The notes below the pieces were generated by a model, which did no database searches, was not told the origin of the DNA, and worked only from the letters and a program-made list of their open reading frames with translations. Both the position numbers and the translations under genes were made by a program. From Epiperipatus broadwayi (taxonomy: Eukaryota; Animalia; Onychophora), in contig JAQFVV010000003.1 in assembly GCA_028023455.1 (NCBI GenBank), positions 24,118,001 through 24,182,000 on the forward strand: a DNA stretch of 64,000 nucleotides. The letters are read 5' to 3'. Positions 40,204-53,804 of the stretch are shown piece by piece. The stretch's first letter is position 1; each line of letters begins with the position of its first letter.

Positions 40204-40462
40204 TTAAAGATGTACTAATTGTACATTTTACAAAAATCATAGATTAAATTTATTTTCAAATTTATGTATTTGCAGAAAAGGTAGTTTTTTTTTTTTTAAT
40301 ATTTAGCTTTATTATTGCCTAGCATGCTTTCAATATATTTTTATTATGCATGCTGATAAAGTTAAATATTAAAAAAAAAACTACCTTTTCTGCAAATAAC
40401 AAATTCGAGAATAAATTTAATCTTTATGATCTTTGTAAAATGCACAATTAGCACATCTTTAA
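40204..40462. repeat. AT-rich hairpin / MITE-like palindrome
   Basis: Arms of about 120 bp (40204-40327 and 40348-40462) include the perfect block TATTTGCAGAAAAGGTAG(T)n / (A)nCTACCTTTTCTGCAAATA. Confidence 0.8.
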
Positions 40463-43400
40463 ATCTGTAAAATCTTTAGTGGGGGGGGGGGGCATCTAAG
40501 ATAAAATATTTTAAAACATTATCTTGACAAGATATATAAATATATGGCTTTAGTTCGTTGATAAATTATATGGTATTTGAACATCAGATTTCTAAATTGA
40601 GAATAGCTGTTTTTTTTTAGTCCAAACTGAAATTTTATTTTCTTAGTAAAGAATCAATCCTGGAATCTTGAGCTTACTCCTCTACTACACATTAAATGAA
40701 AAGGATTTTATGGTACTGAAAATAAACAGTTTTACCTGTAAAATAAATATAATCAAATGTTATTATTGCTTAGGAGTTTATAAAAAGGTCAAGAGTCAAA
40801 AGTAGCAAAGCTGATCTGTGACCCATTGACCTTTAGTGACAGAATGTATCATTTTGTCACTGCACCAACCCACATCTATGGTGAGACTCCTTAAGACTAA
40901 CTTTAAGGTTCCTATGTTTGAAAAAACTTTTTCATAACTTTTTATTAATATTGAATTATAAAATGACAAAACAGATGTGCTATTAATTATTCTGCTACAA
41001 TTATCCAATAGATTGTACTTTAATTTTGACACTATTTATTTAAATATATCCAAAATAAAAAAAACTGAAGATATTTTTTTCAGCAATACATGTGTAAAAT
41101 CTTGAGGCATCACAAGTCATACACATTGTTGTAGACACAGGTCATAGTACTGTTAAATGCACAATATGCCCTGCAGTGGCATAGACCTTATTAAATATGA
41201 GCTACATACTAAGATTCCTCTTTTATATATTCTCTGCTGCCCCATTTATAATCTGATTACTAAGATATATAAAAAGTACAGTGATTTATTTAAACAGCTT
41301 CAACATTATCACTGATGCTATATATACGATCTTTTCAATCAGAGCTGTAGTGTATTCTGTGACACTAAAAAAGTGCACACACCACCATAAAAAAAAAGAC
41401 TATTTGCAAAAAGCATACTCTTCTCCATTTCACATAGTTTGCTCTATCTATTTTGCCGTAAACACATTCTCAGATTTATTAAGTATAAACAAATGTTCAT
41501 TCTAGGGCAGAAGATTATGTCTCCTATTAGTTTTTTTAAATTCACATCAGCTGTGACAAAATTTTATAATCTTGATTATGTTAATACAATTCATTTGCAG
41601 ATTTAGATTTACTGACTGAACAAATTCAAACAGGATAAATTTCAGAACTTTTATCTATTAGGAAAAACTTTAGTATACATTCAATGCAAATATTGTTACA
41701 CATAAAACATTCAAATAATATTCCATCTAAACATATGGTGCAATATTACTCAAATAATTTTATTTTATTGTAGAAGTAATTTTTTGTTTTATATTATCAG
41801 TGTTATAATATGTTTTAAACTTTATCCTCTGTGCTGTTTGATTCAGTGATAGAATAATAAACTAAACATATAAAGTTTTTTGAATTAATCCTTAATGAAG
41901 AAAAAAAAATTGTCAAATTGAATGGAATCTATCAATCTTTGTTACTTGGGTGTGAGAATGTTACATGACCTCCCAATGAAAATATAATTATTTTTTTATA
42001 ACATTCTCTGATGATGTATGGTAGATTTTGATTTATTTAACATATTTTGTATTTTTCTGAGAATTCAACATAATTTAAAAAAACAGTATGATAAATAAGT
42101 AATGTGATACAAAATGGCTTTCTCTAAGCTGAAGTCAGAAGTTTACATGCAAAGGTCATATATCTAGAAACCCTACTAATCAAGTTGAGTTTTTCCATCC
42201 TTTAAAACTATTATACATCATGATAAACATATCTCCTTATTGTAAAATCATTCTTTCAGCCATGAATAATTTATTTTATCTCATTTTAGTAAATGGCTAT
42301 TTTATTAATTCCACTATTCTATTCTCGTATTTTTTATATGTCTTATAAAAATCTAAATAAAAAAATTATAAAATCCACATTCTCATACAATTTATTTTAA
42401 TTATTTTTCAACATCTCCAAACATATTTAATACTATTCCAGTCTCATCATACCATGATTCTCATTTATTGATCTGGTAGAAAATTTGAATTTCTTTTAAG
42501 GTATAGTTACATAATGTTACTATAGTTTATGATTTTATTTTTACTTTAGATAAATTTATAATATATATATATATGTGTGTGTGTGTGCTGCATGATGATG
42601 TTAGAAAAAATAAATGTAATTGAATTATGAATAATAATAAAAAAATATTTAAGTATTAGTATTTAATTAATTCAATGTGCTCAGCTTGATAAAATAGAAC
42701 TCACATTGATAACTAACTGTTTACAAAGTCACTCAAAGGTCAAGCATCCATGTGGCAGATTGAACACAATTGTTTTATTTGATTCATTCAACCATAATTT
42801 TTTAATATTTTACTCGGCCTATAATTGATCCAGAATTTTTGCTTCCCTTATCATCAGAAATATTTAGCTTTTGAGTTTACCATCAACCAATCAAATGTTC
42901 TCTGCTTATTCTGATATAAGACTAGCTTCATAACCACTAAAAATTATCTAATAATAGCACCAATTTAGCTACAGACATTTTGCTCTTTCAGACAACACAC
43001 ATTGAAATAAAACAACTTTTTAATAAATTTGTATTTGTTATTTAATCCATCTTCCCCCTCCCCCCCTTTAAAAATATTATTGAGTTTCTGAAGAATCTGT
43101 ATTATCTGTAATGGCCAAGACCTATTGCTTGGATCCAGGCTGTATAACACTTATGATTTCTTTTTACTGATAGATGCCTCATTATCAACTTTACTAGTTC
43201 AACTAATGCTGCTCGATATATGGGTATATGTCAATGCATTGATTATGGAATAAAAAACAACATTTTAATATTTATTTCTGGTGAGTAAATTTTTATACTT
43301 TTATAAGCATTGAAATTATGGTTACTTTTTCCTTACTGGTCAAATCTACATCATCCACCAATTTTTATCGTCTTGTTAGGTCTCTCTGATATAGACTTTT

Positions 43401-43759
43401 CATTTATTTCTTTAATCTTCTAAATCTCTGCATTCACTGAGTCAGAAGAGAAATGAAATACATTTTTAATAAGAAAGACACTGCCATACTTGATTTGGTG
43501 CAGTGTTGAAACTTTTTATAACTTCTCAAGCATTAAATATTAAATTATTTTTGCTTTATGTGATTTAATGCAGTGATTTAGGTATTGATCTTAGAGTTTA
43601 CTTTCAACGGTAATCTTTATTAATAAAAAGATTACAAAAAATTTTCAGGTACACTTACCCATTGAGGATTACACAGTGTTCAATGTAACAAGGTAAAATG
43701 TACATATGTTCAAAAACAATTACATCAATAAAAATTGCTGTAATGTGATTAATGTGTAT

Positions 43760-44830
43760 GTGTACATGGTTCCACATGGCCCGGCTATTGAGAAGTTACC
43801 ATCACCCAATGATCCCACCCCTGGGGCCCCAAAGTGAAGACCCGAATGCTTCAGCTGAATAGGTGGTGAAGTCCAGCATTGCACCAACCACCACAATAGG
43901 CAGTGAGGTCCAAGGCCCAATTTCACCAAGCAATAAACTCTCAGCCCACAGCCAAACCATGTCAAGACCATTTCAGATACCTCTGCCTCCCAATTAGCAG
44001 TCCAAATAGCCAGGGACCACAATCAGTCTACCTGCCCAAAATTGGAAGGCCAACTTGGGAAAAAATTAAAAAGTAATAAGTAATGAGCCAGATCGACACT
44101 GCCCAAAGCCAGCCTATCAGGAGGCACAGCAGCTGACCAGAGCAGGAATAGCACTGAGACTTTGACTATATACCCTCCCGGCAGGTATTCCGGGTAGCGG
44201 CAAAATTGTCAACAGCCCATACCATAAACCAGACATCTAACCTTGCCGCCAGCCACCCCCGAGAAAGAAAAGAGGAGTGCAAACCCACGCCCACAAAATA
44301 TTAGAACAAAACTCCATCAATGTTACAAAAATTGGCGGTGGCCCAAAGCAGACCAACTGCCTTACAAATGCACTAACATATGAAACCCAATAATAGTGAG
44401 TGCAAATCAACACTGACCTATCAAATAATCCATCAAGGGGTGCAGTAGCCTTTCATGGCAAAGTCCATGTGAAGGTAGTGACTTTTACCTTCCCAGCAGG
44501 CATTCCCAGGCTAGACAATGATCATTGACCACCCTCTCAAATGAACCAAGCCCCTTATGACCACTATCACCACACTTGAGGAAAAGGAGTGAAAACTCAC
44601 ACCCACTAACACAACATTTAATTCACATAGTCTTGAAAATCAAGCCAGATTTATTTGCACACCATGAGAACAAATCATTTGTCCTTATTATCTTGCATAC
44701 TGAGGTCAATGGAGCTGAACATCCACCCTTAGAGTTTAAGTTTATGGATTGCAGCTCAATTCTATCACTTTAGTGCTTGAAGATCACATGAAACTCTATA
44801 TGAACTTTCTTCTTTCAATTTGCCAAAATA
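43760..44830 (-). mobile_element. Decayed retroelement ORF1/gag-like region
   Basis: This is a GC-richer island. The minus strand at about 44540-44625 reads IKCCVSGCEFSLLFLKCGDSGHKGLGS, a damaged CCHC knuckle in an L1/Tx1-ORF1-like context. There are many stops. Confidence 0.35.
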
Positions 44831-46692
44831 ATTGTCTGTATCCACTTTCATTTCTATTCATGATGTTGATACCAGAACTAAAGCATTTATATTTAACAAT
44901 AGTACATTTATATTTAACAATAGTACTTGTATCAGATTGTCTTTAAAAAAAAGGAAAACCAAATAAGATTTTACTGCAGTGGTTTACTTCCTGTCATAAA
45001 AACGTCTTGCCATCCTATGTATATATATATGTAACAGAAGTTAAACTCAATACAGAACAAAAAAAATCTAATGTTTAAATGGGAAACAGATTAATTTTAG
45101 GAAGTAGTGTTTGTTAAATTTGTTTTCCAGAAGTTTCCTAATATGTCAACTCAATTGTGACTTCAAATTTAAATACTCATCTTTCCAAATCATAGATTAT
45201 TGTTTGAAAAAAATATTTTAACATCAAACATGTAGATATAAGTATATACTTGGTTTCTAAATACTACTGTACAAACCATCATACAAAAAGTTGTGTCACA
45301 TGTGACAGTATTGATCAATTAGATTGGACTTGTTATATCAATTTCCACTCAAATTGTACTATTCTTTCCTACTGTTAATGAATAAGAAATTGTCTGTAAA
45401 ATGCCAAGATATAGTCTAAGCTTAGTACCTATAGGTGTATGACACATCTCATCGTTAGTGAAGAATGTATCTAATTACAACTACATTTTTATTTATTTAC
45501 CTTCAGCAAATTCACATACATCTAATCAAGTGATAACAATAGTTGTTGCAAAGAGCTAATTTTTTAAGTTTCTACTAAATATTTTATTCCTTGAAACAAA
45601 AATACTTTTGCACTTTAAGAACATGATAATGGAAATGTTAAAAGTTGCTTCAAAGTTAGTTATTCTTAGTTATTACTAGATCTATTTTCTTTTAATTTCT
45701 ATATCCACTATATTAGTAGTAATATAAATAAGCATACTATTCTCAGCACAATGCAAATGCAATACTTTATTATTCAACATTTTCCAAATAATTGACAATT
45801 TAAACTATCCAACATTTTTCTTCAGAATTGTATTGTACACAATAATTGTTTATTTTGTTATAATAGAATATGTATATTATAGTTGTGAAGAAAAATGTTG
45901 GTTAGTCAAAACTTTTGTTATTTTTGAAGGTGTGGAATAATAAAATATTACGTGTTATTATTATTTATCTACATTACTACTGTTATTTAAATTCCATAAA
46001 AGCTAGACACGTGATTGAAATCCCATTTTTCCATTACACTCTTCTGACATTACTGTTTACCCGATTTTGATTACTGTTATACAGATATATTTTTTTGATA
46101 AAGTAGATGAACAAAATGCTTACCTTACAATCTAAGAATTTATTATCATAAAATTCTAATAAGTGATTTTAATGCATTATTGGAAAGTTTCTCTTCAACA
46201 ATACTATTTAATTTAGAGATTCATTATCTATTCTTTTTTTTGCAAAGACTTTCTCTAATTCTTTAATTGATCATATTAAACAATTACGGCCTCAATAGAT
46301 CTGCATGCATTGTAATATTCTAATAGATAGCTTTACTTGAATGTACCTTATTATCCTGCTCACAGTCAATTTAACTCCATCTAGAATGGTTATCACTCAA
46401 TAGGGACTTAATTATTGTTAGCTGAAGGGCAAAGATATGATATCAGATTAGTCTGGACTAATCAGATGAGTGAATGTATAATGATTGTAAAAACCAAAAA
46501 GACATAATATGGTTAATCCTTGACTAATGATTGTGGAAGTATCACATTCCAATAAATGTTGAATTCATAAGTTATCATTTACTGTTTTTGTTTTTTTTAC
46601 TATCATGATTTATCTTTCTGTTTTTGTAATACACTTTCTACATATATAACTCATCTATTTTCTCCCTCTATAGTTTGCTTCTTTTTATATTT

Positions 46693-46953
46693 CAATATAA
46701 ACATCATTAACACTTCTTTAACACTTTAAGCAAATAATCTTTATTTATTTATAACAATTTCAGCTGTCCTAGCAGTCTTCTTTAGATCTACAATAAAAAA
46801 ATATAAATATAAAGAATAAGAATGATTGATGTAATATTTGTATAATTTTTTATTGTAGATCTGAAGAAGACTGCTAGGACAGTCAAAACTGTTATAAATA
46901 AATAAAGATTATTTGCTTAAAGTGTTAAAGGAGTGTTAATGAAGTTTATATTG
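46693..46953 (+). mobile_element. Penelope pLTR-like fold-back with a decayed hammerhead (family D)
   Basis: Arms are 46693-46802 and 46847-46953. The right arm reads CTGAAGA-A-GACTG ctagga CAGTC-AAAACTGTT at 46861-46893; G12 is lost (consistent with CpG decay) and stem I is weak. Confidence 0.6.
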
Positions 46954-46980
46954 CTATACATATATATATAACCAATCTTT

Positions 46981-48578
46981 AACACTAAAAAGAGAGATGA
47001 CATCATAAAATTGGTAGATTTTTATCAAGAATTATATAATAATAAAGAACAAGTACCTCCTATATCTATTACATCTTCCGAATTGCCCAGAATTTTAAAT
47101 GAAGAAGTGAGATACACAATTAAATGTATGAAGAAAGGAAAGGTTCCAGGTAATGATGGAATTATAATTGATATATTAAAAGAAGCAGGTGAAGAAATAG
47201 AAAAATTTTAACAAAGTTATATACCAAATGTCTAAATGATAAAGATGTACCAGATGATTGGAAGAATGCAGTAATAATATTAATATTTAAAAAAGGTGAT
47301 AAAGAAAATATTAGAAATTACAGACCTATCAGCCTTTTATCAGTTTTATATAAAATTTTTATCAAGATAATTACTACTCGTCTACAGAGAACATTGGATT
47401 TCCACCAACCAAGAGAACAAGCTGGATTTAAAAGTGGTTTTAGTACAGTAGATCATATCCAGGTGTTGAGAGAAGTTATAGAAAGGACGAATGAATATGA
47501 GTTGTCATTATGTTTTGGATTAGTAGATTATGAAAAGGCATTTGATTCTATAAACATTTCTTCAGTGATTAAAGCATTGGATCATCAAGGTATAGATCCA
47601 GGATATTGTCATATTTTGAAGAATATTTATAAAAATGCAACAGCAACAATTAGATTACATAATGATACTGGGAAAGTCAACATTGAGAAAGGTGTAAGAC
47701 AAGGTGACTCCATATCTCCAAAACTTTTTACAGCAGTGCTGCAAGAAGTATTTTGTGGATTAAAATGGGAAACTAAAGGAGTGAAAGTAAATGGAGATTA
47801 TTTAAGTCATTTAGATTTCGCAGATGATGTAGTTGTTTTTGCAAATATTGCTTCAGAGCTGCAGGAATTATCAGATGAAAGTAGGACTAAAGATAAATGT
47901 TAAAAAGACTAAAGTAATGTTTAATCGATTTGCTCAAAATATGAAAATAAAGATTGATTATGATGAATTAGAAGAAGTTTACAGTTACAAATACCTTGGT
48001 CAGATTATTAATACAGATGGAAACATAATGGAAGAAATTAATCATAGAATTAAACTTGGTTGGAGTGCTTTTGGTAGAAATAACTTGATACTAAAAGGAA
48101 ATATGCCTATGTGTTTGAAAAGGAAGGTTTTTAACAAATGTGTTTTACCAGTTCTTTCTTATGGATCTGAGACTTGGACACTTAATAGAAGAGCAATACA
48201 GAGACTTCAGACCACTCAAAGAAGTATGGAGAGATGCATGTTGGGAGTAACAAGAAGAGATCGAAAATGCAGTGTATGGGTAAGAGAACAAACAGGTGTT
48301 ACTGACCTCATTGAAAAAATTAAAAGATTGAAGTGGAATTGGGCTGGACATATTGCTAGAAGAGATGATAATAGATGGACAATTGAAATTTTAAACTGGA
48401 TTCCAAGAGATTGTAAAAGACCCAGAAAGAGACCACATGTGAGATGGATGGATGAAATAAGAAAGTGTGCAGGGGTGATGTGGAGAAGAGAAGCTAAAGA
48501 TCGGAAAAGATGGATTAAACTTGGAGAGACCTTTATCCTGCAGTGAATTGATAATAGTTGATGATGATGATGATGATG
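46981..48578 (+). mobile_element. 5'-truncated RTE LINE with target-site duplication
   Basis: RT ORFs are 47011-47211, 47394-47903 and 47833-48546. The tail is (GAT)n at 48559-48578. An 11-bp TSD AACCAATCTTT is at 46970-46980 and 48579-48589. Confidence 0.96.
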
Positions 48579-48903
48579 AACCAATCTTTGAGTACTGGTG
48601 CTATATAACAGTTATTGGTTTCTTTATTGATCTTTAATTGATTTTGTGACATATATCATTGTCAGGCAAAACAACTTGTGATGGAAATTTTTGACAAACT
48701 GGATTTCCCCCCATTATTATCTGCTAATTAAACATTCTTTTAAATGATTGCACTAAAATGATATGTACTCCAAAAATAATAACAGCAATAATGATAATGA
48801 TGATTATAATAATAAAAATAATAACATGCCCAATCCAAAAGTATAAATGAATGCCTTACATTAGTGAATTAAAAACTACATTGCATCATATTGATCTTGG
48901 GAT

Positions 48904-50490
48904 TGAAATGGTCTATTTTATCACACATCCCGTTTTACTTATCATGTCCCATAGTAGGATCTATACTAGTTTTAAACCCCATCAAGTATACATGTATCTA
49001 CATATCTGTGTATTTAATTAAAGGTACATCTGTGTAAACATTGTTATATATGTATCGGCACACTTGTATATATGTGAGTATAAGCTGTAACATATAATAG
49101 ATTAGTAAAGTTACAGCTTGATTATATTTATAATTTTAAATCTTTCATTTATTATAAATTTATGGGTATTAATTTAATCACGTATAATTCCATGGGTGAC
49201 CAGCATACATATATAACAAAATGTTTATGCAACAATTTATAAGTTTCTAAATTTTAAAACAGTTCCCAGTAAAAGAAATTATGCCACATGCAGCTGTTTA
49301 AAATTGCATGTATATTAAATGTTAATTTTAAAAATAAATTTAAATGTACACCTTTATCATGCAGCACTATTTTCTATTTACTTGGGGATTGCCTTTGATT
49401 TACTAAGATGAAAGTGTCTGATTAAAAAATTTAACAACAAAAGAGCTAAATTTTATAATTTTAAATAAGAGTTGTAAACAAGCTAATGGGTTTTGATGCT
49501 TCAAACCTGACTTATAGGCAAATGTAGTTGAGGGGTAAAAATTTAGTATAGAAACCCCATATTTTGGCAATAAAAAGCTCTCTACAATATAATTTAAGCA
49601 AATTGCCACAGAAAGCAATCAGAACTTTGATATGAGTGGCTAGGAAGACCACCAATTTGCCATATTCCTATGAAAAATGGTGATATCCAGCCTGTCCTGC
49701 ATGTTTCCACAGCAATCATCATCACTGCAAGGATGGAGAAGTTCCACTACCAACTGCTGCCATGGAAGGACAATGCAGATGAGCGTCTATTCAGAGAAGT
49801 ACCAGTGCCTATTTCAAATGCTGGACAACTCAGTCTAGAAGAAGATTGGTAATAGTCCTTCACCACAGAGCTCTATAAATCTCTATTATAATTTCTAATA
49901 AATTCCTTAAGCTAGCTATCGGTAATGAATGTTCATAAATTATTAATTCTCAATTCTTGCCTATAAATAGAAATGCAATTTTAAAATAACTTTCCTTTAA
50001 AGGTAATAACTATAATCAGTTATTATTTAACCTTTTAATAATCTGCGGTTAAGACTATATTTTTATTTTGATTATTTTATTTTATTTTTAAATCTATATG
50101 TTATGATATGCCATAATTAATTCAAAGTAAAGAATAATTAACTTAATAAATCTTCAGAGAGATGATTAGAAGCTCTTCAATATAAAATTCTTAGCGTTTT
50201 TTAGCTGATAGAAATCTCTCCTTTGAAATCTATTCTAAGATATAACAACAGATCGCTACATGCTCATTGTTATCTATATTTAATTACTTAATATGTATTA
50301 GATTGTTTATTAAGGTTTGCAAATTATTTTTATTATTATTTCTTAGTTAGATAATGGCCAGGGATGTTACTTAAAGGCATATTTGTAAATGTTATAACAC
50401 CCTAAATATGCTTTATCCTCCCTAGTTTTATTATAAGAAATATGTACAGATTCAATATTTCTAAACTAGATTGCTATTAATTAATTCTGT
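48904..50490. mobile_element. Second, truncated, inverted copy of the 16137-18909 element
   Basis: 48904-49330 aligns to the reverse complement of 18909-18450, 49560-49890 to 17950-17640, and 50400-50480 to 17330-17220. Confidence 0.7.
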
Positions 50491-51748
50491 AACTTGAAAA
50501 AAAAATCTAAAATAAATAGGCATCTGATATAGTATTATCAATATTTTCATTCATTATTAATTTATTGGATTTCAACAAATTTTTTTATTTAATCTGCCCA
50601 TATCATATATAATCCTTTTTTTATTTTAAATATTTAGTTTAAAACTTTTGTTTGTTCATCTATTTATTTTTTTCTAATGACAGATCCAGCCATATCTTAA
50701 ATAGTTAAATAACATTTAAATCTAAATTGTATTAAGATGATTATGATATAACAAGTTTTTAATAGATGTTTGGAAGCAACAGTTAAATTTCTTCAAGTGA
50801 TTTTTTTTTATGAAGATTTTTCTGAATTGAATATCTGATATCAAATGCAACTATATAAATATGATCCTTTTGCATAGTTTTAACAATCTTTCTACTTAAT
50901 TAATTTTTATGGCTGTACTGTGTTCTAATTTTTCTGATTGCAAAAAATATTATTAACTTATAAGTCGATTTTTCTTCAAAAAAAACCTTGCCAATCTCTC
51001 ACTTCTACAACTTTTACTAAATCAAACTGCTCTTAATTTTAGTCTTCTAATAACATATTAAATGTATGTTGTGATCTGACTAGATGAAGCTTTACATTAT
51101 TTTTCAAGTCACAAACAGCCCTTAGAATTTTTTTTTACTGATAGACAGTTCATCATTAAGACATCTAAATGTCTAATAGATTAAAAAAAAAAGGTAAACA
51201 AGAAGTCAGAAAATGACTTCTGTACATCCTGCATATCAGAACAGTTAATAAAAATAGTCCTCATTAGATTGCCAATTGCTAATTGATGAGGGTTGAGGAG
51301 TTTTTCCATCTGAATTTATCCTCAAATTAAGATTAGATAGATACTCATTTTCTAACTAGTATTGAATAGTTAGCTGAGTTAATCTATGAGTCAGCTATCT
51401 GAAAAAAAGATCTAAACCTTACAAAAACAATTAAATTAGTTTAACAGAAATTTGAAACCAGATCATAGGCATAGCTGGTATTATTAATGTGCCTTGAGGC
51501 CTTGAAACAATCTACTATTAACCAGTAAATGACTGTCTAGATGAAATTACCTAAAGAATAAAGCTCTCAGATTAATCTTGAGTCAGTCTGATAAATTCCA
51601 CTGTGCTAATAATAAAAATAAGCAATGTAATTATAATGTGGAGTTTTTATTACTGGTGAGGAAGTGTTATACACTTGCAGATGCCAATTCTCATTATAAC
51701 AATATGTTTTAACCTGTTCATTCAATATATTGAATATTTACTATAGTA

Positions 51749-52076
51749 AATAGGGGGATTTGAACTTATGATTTTCAGTCTATATTTATCCTTCGCACGT
51801 GAAACAGATAAATGATTCTCAATATACATATTTTATGCAGAACAAGCTTACCCATTAAATTTTAAGGAATTACTATCTTATTATAAGCCAAGCATAGATT
51901 GTGTATATGTGGGGGAGATTATGATCTGGCCCAACTGTTGAGTGTTGGTTCTGCATGAAATACATATATTGGGGTTCATATATCTTTTTCACATGTTGTG
52001 GTTATGTGTATTGGTTGTTTGAGATGGAGTGGATGATGAATATAGACTGAAAATCCTAAGTTTAAATCCCTCTATT
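51749..52076 (+). mobile_element. Family B fold-back copy
   Basis: 51749-51788 pairs with 52038-52076 and 51797-51848 pairs with 51944-51996. The motif CCCAA-CTGTTGA-GTGTTGGTTCTGCAT-GAA-ATACATAT-A-TTGGGG is at 51930-51974 (A6 mutated). Confidence 0.78.
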
Positions 52077-52824
52077 AACAGATATGCTTTGCAATTATCA
52101 GACATTAAGTAATGTAGTGAAGAATAAATATTTGTATTTAAGAATAAAAAGACAAATAACTAGAGCATTTTTAAAATGAACAAACAAATAAAATTTTGGA
52201 TTTAAGTTAAATTAATTTGATAGATGAACCATTATAACTGAATGGTCTTCTATTAAGGAATGTTCTTAATTTTTATTCATTGTATTAATTGTTATTGTGA
52301 TTATAGAAAACTACCAAGACTAATAATTATTTTATTAATACTCAAATTAATTAATTTGGTATATTGTTTGCCTTATTAATCTACTTTATTTGAAAATATG
52401 TTCTTAGAATATATATGTCTGAATAAAGACCTTTTTTTTTACATACTCCTTTCATTCTGGGATTTAGAGAATATAGTGATATTTTGTATGTCTTATTTAT
52501 GTCAAAAGTTTTTTGTAGCTTCCTTGTGCATAATGTTAATCAACAGGTCATTATTATGAAGAGGTCAATAAATGGATTTCCTGAAAAGAATCATCATTGC
52601 TATCATTATTAGTCATGCTCTTCAAAATTGCTTGTTTGGATTTTATTAACATCATACTTGTTTCTTAAAGGCAAGAACATGCAAACAAACAAAAAAAAAG
52701 TATTTGATGCTTTTTATCACCTAGAATGTTTATGTTGACGTATATATATATATGAAGAAAATGAAAATATTAAATATATATATTCTAAGGCAAAAACAAT
52801 TCAGTTGCCAAGATAATCTAACAA

Positions 52825-52965
52825 ATCATCATCATAGTCTACTGTAGGAGGAAAGCCTCTCCAAGTTCGATCCATCTTCTCTGATCTTTAGCCTCTCATC
52901 TTCTTCTTATCCTCATACACTTCCTTATTTCATCCATCCACCTCACACATTGTCTCATTCTAGGT
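52825..52965 (-). mobile_element. Short, older RTE 3' fragment
   Basis: It is the reverse complement of the RTE 3' end (GGATGGATGAAATAAGGAAGTGT...GAACTTGGAGAGG) with a GAT tail. Confidence 0.75.
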
Positions 52966-53804
52966 CTAACCTAACAAATAAAGTCATTTAAATTCAGGGA
53001 GGGGTATGGACACCTAGGATTCTACATTCAAGTGTATTTAGAGTTCTTTTATAAATGTTAATTAGATCTTTCCATCTATAAAATGTAAATGGAATTGTTT
53101 TGAAGTTAATTAATCTTTCACCAAGTGTTTGTATTGTCTATGAGCAGAAAATCTGCTCAAATATGTGTTGATGACATCTTAACATCTTAAGGCAGAAAGA
53201 AGTATATAGCAAAAGAATAACTTCATTTCAAGGTATAGTATAAAACTATACTACAGATATTTATATAAATAAAAATGTTAGGTGAATATATATGTAATAT
53301 ATTATATTCCTAATGTGCCGGTATTGAAGCATGTATAATTTATGTATGTTTAATGATATCAGGAGAGTCTTAAAATTTATGATATCAGATATTAAGATGC
53401 TAAAAGGTGATAATCATCAAGAATAATAATTATTAATCTGTCCTCTGTGTGTTTTTCTGTAACAATAGATTGATAGACTCTGGAGACTAAGGTCTGTGAA
53501 ACATGCCCCAGCTCTGTTATTTCCAGTGTTTGAACCTCTTAGGAACTCCTCAGCAATAAATCTTTCATTTAGTTACTCCGAATGATTTGATGATGCAGAG
53601 AATTCCAGACTCTAGACCATAAAATTCATGAATTATAGTCCAGCTCTGTCCTATTCAAAACTCGAACTTCTTACGAACTCACGAGCGATAGGGTCATTCG
53701 ATCATTTTATTTTTTTAGTTATATAATTACTAGCTAGTTATCTCAATATGTTTTTTAAGCAGAGACTTAACTATATGTTGCTTTTAGGCTGCTTATTGTT
53801 TTTA

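Noticed and set aside
49670-49852. Shared small protein in the 17720-17905 and 49670-49852 homologous blocks
   Set aside because: The two copies are open in different frames with stops, so no conserved peptide can be supported.
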